A stretch of DNA of 64,000 nucleotides from Epiperipatus broadwayi (lineage: Eukaryota; Animalia; Onychophora), in assembly GCA_028023455.1 (NCBI GenBank), contig JAQFVV010000010.1, positions 6,076,001-6,140,000 of the forward strand, given 5' to 3'. This document shows, piece by piece, positions 41,506 through 55,719 of this stretch. Position 1 is the stretch's first letter. Every line of letters starts with the position of its first letter. Made by a program: the position numbers and the translations under genes. Under the pieces are notes generated by a model that worked only from the letters and a program-made list of their open reading frames with translations, was not told the origin of the DNA and made no database searches.

Positions 41506-42436
41506 CAAAGATACACAGGTCTGAATCATTTCAATCATTATTTTTCCAATTCTTTTTATTTCATTTATAGTTTTTAATGATCAATATATTTTTATCATTT
41601 CCCATGCCTCCACTGTATTTTAGCATTTTTTTAAAAGACTTGATGAATAAATATATTAATCTTCTAGATATTTATTTTCTAATTAATCTCTCATCAATAA
41701 TTTACAAACTCAATATTTATATTCATTGCACATTTTAGTAGTATTTCCATTTATTTGTAAAATACTTTTAAGATTTTTCACAACTAAATATTTGATTTTC
41801 TTATAATTTATTTTCAATTGGTTTAGCTATATTTTTTTTATTAATTTTTAAAAGTTATGTATATTTGTTTGATTTCAAAACAAAGCATTACATGATTACT
41901 TTAGCAATTTCTTTCTCTTAATTCGATATCGAACTCTACAAGCCATCAATGGATGAGAGATAATAGCGCAAACAGATTATTATAGCTGGTTTCTGGTTTA
42001 CCAGCTTTTTTTCAAGAAAGAAGCACTGATTATGCATTATATCCATATAATGGTCTCCTGTACTCTTATTGTGTAATTCAAGCTAATGGCTTAAAAAATT
42101 CCAGACACTTTAAGAAAGTGTAAGATGAATCCACTATTTATATAAATCTAAAAAAAGTCAAGAGCCGAAAATTCTGTATGGTAATCTATTAGTATTTCCA
42201 GCTTGTATAAAATTATTACTTATGCTTACAAAATTTTCTTAGAGATGCTGAGAAAAAGATTATGTTCAATGCACACTCACTTGTTGTTTTTCAATACTCC
42301 ATATATTTATCACTTTACCAAGATTGAAATGAACTCTCAGCAATAATATACCAACTCTTCACATACTGTTATGGTGATGATTGTCAATACATATGTAATA
42401 CTCTATGTGTGTAAAAATTACTAATTATATACTTAC

Positions 42437-42526
42437 TTTAGTTGGAACCCAATAATATAATTTTCCTTGAAAAATATAATGTTCTTGTACTAATGACTTG
42501 GGAAAATAACCAAATTTCCCATCAAT
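42437..42526 (-). CDS. Tango1: Tango1 exon 3 (IDGKFGYFPKSLVQEHYIFQGKLYYWVPTK)
   Basis: Acceptor tttatag|, donor |gtaagt, 90 nt, phase 0-0; GYFPK is the hallmark MIA-family SH3 C-terminal motif. Confidence 0.93.
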
Positions 42527-44119
42527 CTATAAAATAAAATAAAAAAGATATTTTTAGCTACTTATTTATATCATTTAATAGGCAATTTGTGGAGAAAATC
42601 TAAAAATGGTGCATGTTTTGAATTAATTTTATTTATCTAAATACATATAGTTTAATTTTTTATATAAATAAACAAATCATTATTATAAATTATTTTTTTA
42701 AAAATTTGAAAAAAAATGGATGTCGTAAGAAAGGTGAATAAAATTAAAAATCTTACACCACTTTATTAAAAGTATTGTTTTAATTAATTCATAGCTTAAA
42801 TCTGCCTAAGATTATATACATTTATTAAGCAATAGTAATTTTACTACATATAAAATGTAAACTATTTTTATAATGCAAGAAAAAAAGTATATATATATTT
42901 GTAAATAAATTATTTTAAACAAATGTTATAAGCTAATTTAATAAAATACTTAAATCCAGTAGAAAATTAAATCAAACTTAAGCAAATAAATAAATAATGC
43001 AAAAATATGTCTGTAATTTCACTTCATAATTGTTGAAGTATTTAATGTTATACATATTCCAACATGCAATGTGTGATTCATAAAAAAACTATCAAATCAC
43101 ATAAAATTCAAGCACTCAAAATAGCAGGTTGAAAATAAGTTCCATTCAACTGGCTTACAAGAATTTTTTTTTTGTTTATTTTATCAACTGGAAATCAATT
43201 TAGAAACCTTTATACCTGAATCAATGACTACCACTGTATTAACTATATAGGACATGTGATTGACTACATTGTGACATTAGAAAATTTCATGCTAGCAAGA
43301 GTTTCCCTTAATATTTAACTTTTTTTTTTCCTAAGCCGCATTTCTCTAAATTACAAAATGATATATTTGATATTTTAATAATATTTTTAAATGTAGATAG
43401 TTTAATCATATTTGAAATGGTCAAACTCTATAAATGGAGTTATAAATAATATAAATTACTTAAAACAATATCAAAAAGTTTCTTAATGAGTTATGGAATA
43501 ATATAACTAAATCTATCACACTATCTAACAAGTGTTAAATTTATATAAAGAGAATAGTAATTCTATTTTTAATGAGAAATTGACATAAAAGTTTTGTTAA
43601 TATCTCTAAATATAAATAAAAATGACATCTGCTTATGCCAAGTGTTAAATATGTGTTGTTGTTTTTGTCTTTTTTTTTTTGGGGGGGGGGGGGGGGTATG
43701 GACAGTAAAAATATACATATACTAGAATTTAGCAAAAATTAAAAAACCTTACAAAAATGTATTCAAAATTATAAACATGGTCTTCACATAAATTTTATAT
43801 GGTTGAACATGAATAACATATTGGAAATTTTACAATATAGCCATTAATCAACATATTAATTTTATTTTGTGGAAATGCTATATAGAATTCCTAAACACTT
43901 GTCTTATGCCAGCAAGGCAATGATTTTTACTCCTTTTTTAAATTAGGTAAATCCTTGGGTAGCTCCTCAGATAATGCAAATAGATAAATATAAAAATAAG
44001 AATTTAAAAGATATGACAACAATTTAAAATAAATGTAATTACTATCTAATAAGTGAAAAAAATTTTGAATGAATAAATGAAAGTTCACAAAGTTGCCTTC
44101 TCCCACAAAATTGTAATAA

Positions 44120-44218
44120 GCAATTCAAAATACAGCAAAACTCTCCATATAGTATTTTGAATTGTTTATAACAATTATTGTGCTAGTATGAGATAGTGAT
44201 CATGTGATGTTTAGTGGT
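44120..44218. mobile_element. Short copy of the hammerhead repeat family (ends only)
   Basis: Inverted arm start gcaaaactctccata plus tail ...gtgatcatgtgatgtttagtggt; perfect 13-bp TSD aaaattgtaataa. Confidence 0.8.
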
Positions 44219-46086
44219 AAAATTGTAATAACCATAACATCAATTATATTGTACTCTCTAGTCTTAAAAGTTGCCATTGTGCTTAGAAGAATGAAAGAAT
44301 ATTAGAAATTTTTATTAGCAACTCAAGTTTAATATTGTTTAATAATACTTTCCCAAGGATTTTATAGAATGAAGGCTTCAAAATATAAACAAAATTATCT
44401 GCAAATTTATAAAACATAAACTGTTTGTTAATATCAAACAAGTAATTGATTTAGACATGAGTTTTTAATTATATAATTGTTTCAAATATTTGATATTAAA
44501 GTTACTGAAACTCAAGGTAATGTATACTTTTACTTGGGCAATCAATTCCTGAATCTCACAGACCAATCCAAGAATCCGATCAAAACATAAGAAGCCCATT
44601 AAATATATAAATGCATACAAAAATCTTTAAGTCTGTTAAAAATTTATCATAAGTCATTTGAATAAGATATAAAATCTTTAATTTATAGCAACTTTGTTGT
44701 TAAAATTACTCAGATATGATTGCCATCCTCCAAGTAATTACTATTTCAGTGCTATATTATAGAGCCTATAAATAAACTCTGAGAATAAAAGCAGTTTTGG
44801 TTTATTCTTGAGACATTTCCTTTCTGATCAGTAATGATTACAGAAAAACAAGATCCTTTCAAATAATATACTGTATATGAGTAAAATTGAAATCATCCAT
44901 TAAATATAATACTTGGTTACTTATTTGAGAAGTAATGGCATCGTCCATCAGAAATGATAGATCTAGATATAGAAACTTTAGCTTTCAAGCCCACCATTCT
45001 ACTACTTATTTTTTTCTGTCTATTAAATTAACAGATTTAGAACTTAATCAGATATAGAAATTTGTGATTATTCTTCAAGATAAGATACCACATTTATTCA
45101 TATCACTTTAAACAACATAATTTCCTAATGATTTTCTTATTTAAAAAAAAAGATTTTTAAAATTTTATCAAAATTTATAAACAATAATATTTATACTTTT
45201 CTAACTTATGATAATTCAAAAATTATTTTATAAGATATAAAAATTTCAAAAGATTTTTGACTTTAATAATTGGTGAAATAAATTACTCTATATTAGCATC
45301 TATTAATGCAGGGTTTTTTTTATTTTTTAACAAATATATTATAATGTAGAGAAAACAGAAATGAAATGAGCATCAAGTTTGAACATAAGGGAATATAAAA
45401 CCTGAAGGGAAAGTTATGCAAATATTTTATTAATTATATAATTCTGAAATCCTGATCTTGATTCTCCATTAATAATTAGAATGATAACAATAATCAAACA
45501 CATATTTCCTTTCTGTAAATATCATATAAAAAAATTCCATAAAGAACATGAACTACACTTCCTGATCATCACTTTACAACCATCTATATAAGGACTGGAC
45601 TAAGAATCATATCAAGTAGCTTTCTTTATCATCGGGTTATACATACAAAATATGTTTCCAGAGTATCATTTTTCTTTTATGGGAGACTACCCTAATTCCA
45701 TATGTTAACATATCAACATATTTCTCAGTCAGAGTATAAGCATACCCAGAAACAAAAACAAACTAATAAATTTAAGTATACATTGGAAATGAGACAAGAT
45801 TTAAATGAGAATAGCATGGATATTAAATTTAGTTTTAAATAATAAAACCAAATAATTTATTAAACCAGTTTAAAAAAACATTATATGAACACAGATATAA
45901 TAACTGATAAGTCAAACAAATATTGTATAGGCATGCTCTTTTCAAATAAAATAATGGGATGCAATATTTAGCCAACAATTATTAAAACATCCAATTCTTT
46001 ATACATTAAATATAAATATAATTTTCAATAAATCAAAGCAATATGTAATATAATAAGAAACAAAATGGATAATAAAAAAAATCTTA

Positions 46087-46530
46087 ACATCAACATAATC
46101 ACCATTTCTTATGCTTGCTCAAGCTGTTAAAGCAGGCAAAACTCTCCATACTGTAGTACCACTCAGTGCAAGCCAGAATAATCAATGGATGCAAGGTTTG
46201 TGCATAAAATCCCTATCTAGTGCCTACTCATCCAAAATCCCCAGACTAGTTCCTAGCTTATAGCTATCATATTATTATGTTATCAATATCATTATGTTTT
46301 CAATTTTAAACTCATAGTTACTGGAAGGTTGCATTAAATCCTAAGATCTAGGTGCAGTGCTCTCAGATTCAAGACTCCTCACTGATGAAAGTCATAAGCT
46401 AGAAGCTAGTTTGGGGATACTGGATAAGTAGGCACTAGATAGAGATTTTATGCACAAACCTTTTTGCATCCATTGATTACTCTGGCTTGCATTGAGTGGT
46501 ACTACTGCATGGAGAGTCTTGCCTGTTTTA
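46087..46530. mobile_element. Two-armed copy of the hammerhead repeat family
   Basis: Inverted arms; hammerhead CTGATGA at 46382-46388 (+) and a partial one at ~46232-46270 (-); 11-bp TSD aaaaaatctta. Confidence 0.82.
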
Positions 46531-48215
46531 AAAAAATCTTATCCCAGATATAATTCATAAAATTATTGATCAGATTTCTAACATAGGAATATTTTAATAT
46601 TTATTTACTCCACTCTTTAATTTCTTAATCTCCAAGTTTGGATTTCATTGAATCCGCCACAGTATATGCTTCTTCATTCCCCTAAGTTAGGCTAACTTTT
46701 TGAATAATAGTAACAAATTTCTATCAGGATATAATTAAGATAGATTTAGCTTCATATCATTTATTAGGCTCTATTAATTTCAAGACAAAATTACATTTGA
46801 AAGGAAGTTTGAATTATAAAAGTATGTTTTAGCTCTATCATTTTTAATACAGGTAGTTATTGAATTGGATCATTTATCATAGTTATATTCTGATTTCTAG
46901 CTTTGTGTTGGCACTACATTTCAAGCACTCTATAATAACATGACAGAAGAAATCTATCATTGAATCCATGCAAGAAAGAATCTGAATTGATGTCATTCAT
47001 GGACAACCTCCGAAAGAAAGGGACTCTAGCTAAATATATGAATAAATCAAATGAATGATACCAAAAAAAGAGACTATTATATAGTCTCTCTGATCAAAAA
47101 TTGTTTTTTTCTCAGAATGTTTCTGTTTTCTTAGTTAATCCCATAATTACAAAACTTCAATTAAGTACAATTTATCCAAACCACTTCGAACACTTTTAGC
47201 AAAACTCTTAATATTATTTGTACATATATGCATACACCTAAAAGTTTTCAAAGTGATTTGGAGAAAATGTATTTATATAAGATATTACAGCAAAATAAAG
47301 AAAAGGGTGATTTTGGTAATATTTCTGAAAAAACTTCAATTACATATAATTAATTATAGTATTTTTACAAATTAACAAGTATATTCCTTTTTTATTTAAC
47401 TAAATATAAAATGAATTTCTAATAAATTATCCGCCAATTATTTTTGAACAAAATAAACTAAACTTTTTACATTTCTTTATAAATTATTGAAATCCATATC
47501 TTCATTTTGATTTTTGAAAATATGGATTTACTTTTATCTCTTTTATCCACAAATATAAATTTTTTATATATAAAATCTTCCTAAGTTATAAAAATAAAAA
47601 TTACATCAATATATAAATCCCCTAGGACCTTAAATAAAATTATTAAATATAAACTTTACTGAAATTTATCGTTACTAATTTTATTTATTTGAAATTAATA
47701 TATTTTATTTAATATTTATTAAATTGTATAATAATGGATAATCATTATCAGTAAGATAATGTTTGATCTGATTTTGCTATGTTTTATCTACTTTAAATTT
47801 TACTCTAGTAAACTCTTTCTGATTTTGAGTGAGTACATAAATGGATGAGCTCATAACATAATAAAGCTAATAAATTTACTTTCTGAGCAAGACCAATATA
47901 TATATAAATATTAAAGCAGCTTTATAGAGAAGTAATTGTGTGTTTTTTCTTTTATTAGTATATATATCAATAAATTTCTAATATAGATTACATGGAAAAG
48001 TAAAAACAAACTATTACTAACAATATTAAGTGATCATTCTACAAATGCCCTTTGATAGACTCTTTGGAGACATCGAACCTGCTTTCAGCATATCATTAAA
48101 TTAAATATATATATTGTATGTATAAAAAATGAATCGTTATTATTTTTAAAGAAACAGAAAATTTTGATTTATCAATATAACTATCATCTTAAAAAAATAT
48201 ATTGTGAAATCCTAC

Positions 48216-48349
48216 CTTTCCACACCACAAATCCATTTTAATTCCAGCAGATTTACAATGAATAAGAACCTCTTTGCCAGTAATAAATGACATCACATCA
48301 TCATGAATACTGGCATATTTACCAACTGTATAACCTTTGGAAATAGGAA
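48216..48349 (-). CDS. Tango1: Tango1 exon 2 (SH3-like domain: IPISKGYTVGKYASIHDDVMSFITGKEVLIHCKSAGIKMDLWCGK)
   Basis: Acceptor ttttag|, donor AAG|gtagg, 134 nt, phase 1 to 0; resembles the recalled fly Tango1 SH3 segment (SF...KSAG...LW). Confidence 0.92.
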
Positions 48350-48646
48350 CTAAAACAAAAAAATAAATAATATTATTGAAAAAATATATACATTCTTTAA
48401 TTTTTGCATACGTATATATAATCAAGCAATTAACTGACATGCTAGTTAATTTAAATGTATATATGTGTGTATATATATATATTTGTAAAGAGAAAAAGAT
48501 ATTAATCAAAACTTTGAATAAACACCACATATTAAAATAGCACTTGAATGCAATCTATGTCATAAATTAAAAATAGATTTAAAAATAACCTAAATGATTA
48601 GATTTCAATATTCAGTTTTTGTTACAAACTCGATAATTTACTGATT

Positions 48647-48934
48647 ACACAGAAACTAAACTCTCCATACATACAGTAGTACTCCTCAATGCAAACCAGA
48701 ATAATCAATGGACGCAAGAAGGTTTAGGCTCCTCACTAATGAAAGCCACAAGTTAGAAACTAGTCTGGAGATATTGGATGAGTAGGCACTAGATAGAGAT
48801 TTTATGCACTAATCTTCTTGCATCTATCAATTACTCTGGCTTGCACTGACTGCTGCTACTGTATGGAGTTTAGTCTCTGTGCAAACAGCTTGTGTAAGCA
48901 TAAAGAATGGTGATCATATGATGTTTAGTGGTTT
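48647..48934 (+). mobile_element. Copy of the hammerhead repeat family with tail on the right
   Basis: CTAATGA aagccacaagtta GAAACTAGTC TGGAGATATTGG at 48736-48777; flanks taatttactga duplicated. Confidence 0.8.
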
Positions 48935-51559
48935 AATTTACTGAATCACACTATCTACGATATTAAATACAAATACATGAATATTAAAATCTTAAGAGTG
49001 TTGAAACTTTCAAACTTTTCATTTATATGGTATAAGACATATGTAATTCAATCTCTTAATAATGAAACAGTCAGAAACTAATAACAATTATTATTCAGAG
49101 TCCATCGATTACTATTGCTTATGTAAATGAGTTCTAAAATTGTGTAGCAGAATGAATTAACGTAAATGTAATTAAAATTTTTATACAAACAATTATATAG
49201 TCAAATGCAAGTAAAGTACTTTTTTCAGTTTTATTGAAAATGCTTGTTTGATGGTGAACTGTGAAGAATGATGATTTTTGGAATCCTTTTAATATATTTT
49301 TAAACATTATAGGTCTATGATGCAATAAATTTTTTAAAAAGATTTTTTTAAGACATAAAAGTTTCATTCTAAGGAAATACAATTATTCAAGTTTTATTAG
49401 TATGCTTTAAATATTGTAGTAGTTATCCTGAACAGAATCCTTATTGACAGCAAAAAGAATGACAGGTTTATTATTCTATTCTGAATCTGTCAATAGATAA
49501 AATGATTAAGGCAATTAACACATTTTTAGCTTTAAGATAATTTGATGAAAATTATTATGAAAGTGGAATTTTTCTCTCATTTATGTGGGAGTTTTAAAAA
49601 AAATAGTGGAATTTGTCTCTCATTTATGTGAGAGTTTGAAGAGAACAATATGTCACGCGTTAGCCTAACAATGGAGAGTACATTAAACTTTCAAGAAGTA
49701 TTACATTTACAGTTATTTGCAGTAAAAAATAATTTTGACTATTAAGGATTATAATGCTGAAATGTGGTTTGATTACACACAAACACAATTTTTTCTTTAG
49801 TATTGTCCAATTATAAGCCTTTTGAGCTGACAGCTAATGGCTCACTGGATTGTTAAATCAAGGTTAATTGAAGAAAACATAGCAAACATCTACTTAACAT
49901 GATTTCTGATTATCCATAAGTGCCAATAAAGTAATAGAATCATAGTAGTTTGTCATCTTACTTTGGATAAAAAATTGTTATTTAAAACTGTAATAATCTA
50001 AATTCTGGTAATTATAAATGGGCAAAAAATGCTAGTAAAAAGAAATTTGAATATCATTCTATTCAACATTATTTGACTTTAAATCATGTTAGCATACAGT
50101 ATCCATTTCTTCAAGTTTCTTCTAGATGCCAGATTTATACAAGTGAATTGTGCATAATCATATTACTTGCAATTCTCACTCCACTTCTGTGAGATAGCTT
50201 TGTGCCACCAAATTCAGTGCAAAGTATAAGAATAGATTACAGGGTTGTTGTTATTTTTTTAAAAAAAAAAAAAACTTTAACAGATATTATAATATACTTG
50301 CTGTTCTGATTTGATTCTATAAAGTTTTTCACAATCGTATTAAATTATATAGAATGTAGTAGAGGATCTCAGAAAGAAAGCCATTCCATTTCCAAGATCT
50401 TGACATAATTCTATACATCCTATTATATAGATATGATCAGTTCTTTTACCAATAATTATCTTTCATGTTATTATAAATCATAATCAGAAAGCCTATGGCA
50501 GAAAAATCACTTGATAATGGTTCAGTAATTATAAATGTCTAACAAAGAATAGTTTTAGCAAAATGTAATTGTTTACTTTATCAATAATATATATATATCA
50601 ATTTAAAGATAAATCATGATTTTAATCCCATCATCATAATTCAACATATTCACCTATTATCAATCTACTGGAACATGAAGATCTTTACAAGTTTAATTAA
50701 GTTTATTTCATTTATAGCTCAAGCATCTTTTGCAATTCAATTATGCATTTTTTAGTAGAAGTATTGGGTGAGAGTGGACGTAAAGACTTGTTTTCCAGAT
50801 TCTCAACATCACCATTTCATGTAACAGTACAGAATTGTAGAGTACACTGATGAAGTGATTTGCTTATCTAAGAGATGGTAGATGTTCACATAATAATCAA
50901 ATTATTTATACTTCATGAATTACAGTCCTTCCATGATAGTACTACTATCTGGACTTCCAGACAAATTGGTTTCACAAGAGATTTAAAGCTTACAACTCAA
51001 CCCTTTTTAGACCATAGTCAGGATATCTAATATAGTACTAGGAATGATTCTAGCATTAATAACAATGTAGTCACATACGTACATATGTAGATTCCATAAA
51101 TAAATATAGAATGCAATGCAAAGATCAAAGAATCAAATATAAATTAAATTAATAATAATCTATATTTTTTGGTTAACATAATAAATAACAATGTGACGTT
51201 TTATTACAATATAAATTACATTTAAATACATGATTAAATGAAATGATGTACATCAATCTAGACATTGTCTGTTCTAAAATTAAATACAGAATAAATTTTT
51301 TATATTCATTTTTGATAGATTACTATGATGTACTGGCTTGATGCATTTCAATTTTATACCAATACTTTATACAAAAAAAAAAAAAAAATTAAAAATTCAT
51401 ATGTAACAAAATACTTTTGTGCAATAATTGAAATATATATTTTTTATAACTTTAAACAAAAAGTCAAAAATAATACTCTCCTCAGATTCTAAATATGAGT
51501 ATACATATAAAACTAGCTATTATTATTATTATTTTCTTTATACTTCAAAATTTCTTGTT

Positions 51560-51960
51560 TCGACTTGGTGACATCGATTCTTGATGTTTTATATAACTCC
51601 AATAACTTGACTGGTCTTTCCTTATTTCATATATTTTGTTAATTTGCATGTTGCTTCACAATTAGACAAGCATATTTTTAGAGCAGAGGTTTAAAGGATG
51701 TTTTGCCATTATTCTAAATTACGTAATTTGTCACTAAATATACAGTCCAGATGGAAAACTCAAGAAAACATATTGTGAAAATTATAGATTCTAGATTCAT
51801 TTGATTTTTGAGTTTAGAGATCTTTAACTGTCTCCCAAGTTCTTCAAAGTATTAGTCTTTGATAAATATTTAGTTTTTAATGAGGCCTCTTGGCTCAAAG
51901 AAAATCTAAAAGGGTAATGGAATGGTAAACATAAACCCATAATTAAGAAAATAAGAAAAA
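51560..51960 (-). mobile_element. Possible second Penelope remnant (linker and GIY-YIG region)
   Basis: Degenerate frames SKTNTLKNL, C-x2-C, GKTSQVIGV...HQ; heavily eroded. Confidence 0.3.
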
Positions 51961-52838
51961 CAAAATGGAAACATCTCTTAAATAAGAAAGTAATAAGATA
52001 AAATAAAATGAAAATCTTTAACTATTTTATTGACATAAGTAAATTAAGTGTTAATCTAATTACTAATGATCATGCATTAATACTGCAATTGGGCTCAAAG
52101 TCATTCAGTCATAGTTATTTATTGCATTCATTCAAAAGTTTTGTGTTCACTTGATAAAAAAATAAACTATAATGCTTCAATTGATTTTAATTCAAATTAT
52201 AATATCTAGTATATCAACGTCTATTGATGAAACGTCAAAGTGGGCAGTTAGTCTGTTTCTATAAGAAAATAGTATGCTTGCACAATTTCAGCTTCATAAA
52301 TATAGAAAATATATAACTTATACATAATTTGTTTATTCATTATATTTTGTAAAATTAATCTTTGTATTTTTAGTTTAATTCATGTTTATGCAATAGGAAA
52401 TGCTAAGAACAAATAAGAAATGCTTATTTTCATGAATGTTGTCACTATTTTTTGCTGTCGTTTTTTTCATAAATTTTAAGGTGAATTTAAACATTTCAAA
52501 TAACATTTCCATAAGATATTTTTTATAAAAATTTATACTACTCATAGCAATTTGGAGATTTTATTTTGTGTGTGTTAAAATCATTTTTTTTTAGCCTGAT
52601 AGCTAAAATGAACTATTTGTTTCTATTTTTCACTCTTTGTTTATTTACACAGTTTATAAATTATTTTCTAAGATTACTTTTCATTTTTAAAGTGCTGTTT
52701 ATAAAAAATTTTAAAGACTTAATGGTTTTTTGCCTTCATCTTTTTTCAGAAAAAACATTACCATTATTGAATTCTTCCAATAATTTGATATTAAGTAATA
52801 ACCTGTAGATTTATACTTTACGTTTGTCTTCAATATGA

Positions 52839-52912
52839 TAATATTAAATCGTGCTATCACATTTCCAACATAAAGCTTTACGTTGGAAGTGTGATAGCAC
52901 GATTTAATATTA
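52839..52912. repeat. 74-bp near-perfect palindrome
   Basis: taatattaaatcgtgctatcacatttccaac-a-taaagcttta-c-gttggaagtgtgatagcacgatttaatatta. Confidence 0.9.
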
Positions 52913-54249
52913 CAATAATTTGATATGCAAAAAGAATTCATAACAAGAAATATTGAATTTTTTAATATATAAAAGCATCTTTCACCACTGTTTCATTATC
53001 CTCCACTGTGTAATAGTTACATTACTGAAAAGTAATTCATATTTATATCTACATTTTTTTTGTTGTTTTCTTTTCTTTTCTACTTTCTTCTCTTTTCATT
53101 TACATTATATACACCATAGAAATTAAATATTAATACATACTTCCAACTATATTAACAAGTTAAAAGCAATGATTTTTTTTTTTTTTTCTATTTGTAGTTT
53201 TCTTTATCATTAGCCATTACTATTGGTTTGTATAAAAATATCTTTTCTTTATAATTATGTGTGGGGAAGATATATACAGAAATCTATTTACAAATGAAAT
53301 ATGCTAACATTTATGCACACATCTCTACACTTTTAGAACATTCTACAAATCTACATACATGCATATGCATTATATAAGTTTTCATTCATGTTTAACTGAC
53401 CAAATATTAGTTAAGTATACAGACATTTTGTAAACATTCATACTTTTTCTTCATTATATGTAATGTAATTAATTTCACGGATTTTGCTTCTATTTGAATT
53501 TTTCATGAGAAGTAAAATTATATGATGCACATGCGTGTTTAGATCGGTACATTATTATAAGGGTACAGAGAACATATTGTCTGCATTAAACATTTTATTT
53601 AAAATAAACATGTGTATTTGTGATTATAAAGAATATATTTATATTTTTTTTTAAACAAATTTATATTACTGATAAATAATAATATAAATTAAAAAATGAA
53701 AAAAAAAATCATTATTTTTAGCTTCATAATATTTATGGCTCAAACGTTCACAAAAAATTTGAGAACTGAAAATGACGAAAAGGGACATGATCTATGGATC
53801 TCGACCTCCAGTCTACCTTACTACCACTGTATTAGTTACAAATGTGTAATAAAATTATTATACTGTATAATGCATACTATAGTTAATATGAAAAGAGAAA
53901 AGAAAGTTATATAATAATAATAAAAAAAAACCTAGATGCTGCTATGAAAAATAGTCTGTGAATCTTCTCAATAATGTTACACTAGAAAGAGCAATACAAT
54001 ATTGCTGAAAAAACTTTTATATATTGAAAAATATTTGTTTATAATCTTTTTGCTTTTATTTTATGTACAAAAAAAACATAATGAATTATTTTTTACCATT
54101 TAATAATACTTTTTATTATTTAGCTATTTGGTAGCTTTACCAATAATTTCTATTTCTTCATCTACATTTTTTTTAAAATTGCTATAATATTGTATCATTT
54201 CCTACAGCATTTAAATTATTTTTATATTCAATTACATGCTTCGCACCTC

Positions 54250-55200
54250 CATTTAAAATTTCAAAATATTATTATTATTGGAATTATTTTTTTCTCAATT
54301 TTTACTATTATTATACTGTTTCACTTCATAATGTTATCCCTCCATCTTAGTGATAGTACTAAATGATTGCTGAAACAACTTTTCTTCTAATACTAAGAGT
54401 GGTCTATAATTCTAAAACAATACTCATTCTTTTTTATAGCTTTCCTTTCACAATTATATATTCTTATATCAACATTAACTTTCTTATTTTTAGATATTCA
54501 GTTCTTGTACCAGTTGTCTGTGGCGTTTCTTAAGAGAGTATCAGTTATCCCAATTCAAATCTGGGCCATTTTCAAAATCTATTAATATTTTTAAATGATT
54601 TAAGAGCATTTTAAAAATCAATTGCATATACTTCTTAATAGCTTTATTTTACATTAACACATATTTTACATCTCACTAATCAATGACCATTTCTTATATT
54701 TAATGTATTAAGCACATTATAATAACAGTATATCTTTTCTGTTAGTCAAAATGTAACCAATTCTGATATTCCTTCATTGTGGAAACTATCTTATCATTTC
54801 CAGTTAGCATTTTTTTCAAAAAATAAATTCATTTCTGGCTCTATCACCAAATTTACCCAAAAACACATTAACCATCTTTTAATCTTTTTTAAATTCTAGT
54901 ATAAATCTTCCATGATAATTTTAACATATTGTTTGATCTGATCAAAGCATTCTATATATCTACCTTAAAAAAAAAATAGGGATTTGTTGGCACATAAACT
55001 TGAATTATCTGCATTTGGTGTCTTATATTAAGCTAAACAACTAATTTTGCTATTATATTTAATATACCATCAATCTCATTATATTGTTCTGATATCTTTT
55101 ATTTATAATAAATTTCATTCCATTTCTACTTCCAATATTTGTCCCTTTATAATAAAATACAAATTCACTTTCCAATTAAATTGATTCTTTAAACTTCAAA
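54250..55200 (-). mobile_element. Decayed LINE AP-endonuclease region (RTE-like)
   Basis: FYYKG...FIINK...IAKL...MQIIQVYVPT on the minus strand. Confidence 0.6.
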
Positions 55201-55209
55201 AAGTAGTAG

Positions 55210-55700
55210 CACTGCACTGTGACTTCTCCTTATAGGAGAGTCAGGAATCCCTCAACAACTATATCCAGAGAAACCTCTTAGCCACTTTACATTTCCTTTC
55301 CATTCCCTGCCCTAAGTTTTCCCATATCCTGTCCCATCCCATTCCCACAACATAATCTTTGTCAACTCCATGGCCTTCATATCTAAATCCCCCTTATCTT
55401 TTCCCAAACCCAGCATAAAAACCAATAACCCACTTTCTGTATAATCACTTTGTTTACATTTATTCTTCCACAACGTCATTGTTTGTACCCTTCTGCTTTC
55501 AAGCATGTACATTTCATTAACAGATATCTAATACTTTCTATGCCTTCCTTATACAACTGGCAGACTAAATCACTCACATTTTCTATTTATGTGTATATTC
55601 CCTTGATGCCAAAGATCCTGTTCGAGCCTTAATAGGAAACTACTTTCCTTGCTATTATCATAAATTAACTCGCATCCAATGTTCCACTTACTTCTAGCAA
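55210..55700 (-). mobile_element. 3' end of an I/R1-group LINE (C-terminal zinc knuckle and 3' UTR)
   Basis: VCQLYKEGIESIRYLLMKC (degenerate C-x2-C...H-x4-C pattern); the 3' UTR is repeated at 33615-33712. Confidence 0.5.
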
Positions 55701-55719
55701 CTCTCTCCAAACAGCAGTG

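Noticed and set aside
43680-43697. Poly-G run (also ~7250-7267)
   Set aside because: Simple homopolymers with no further supporting context.
53760-53832. TA-CAGTGG-type transposon end on minus
   Set aside because: No matching opposite terminus found in the window.
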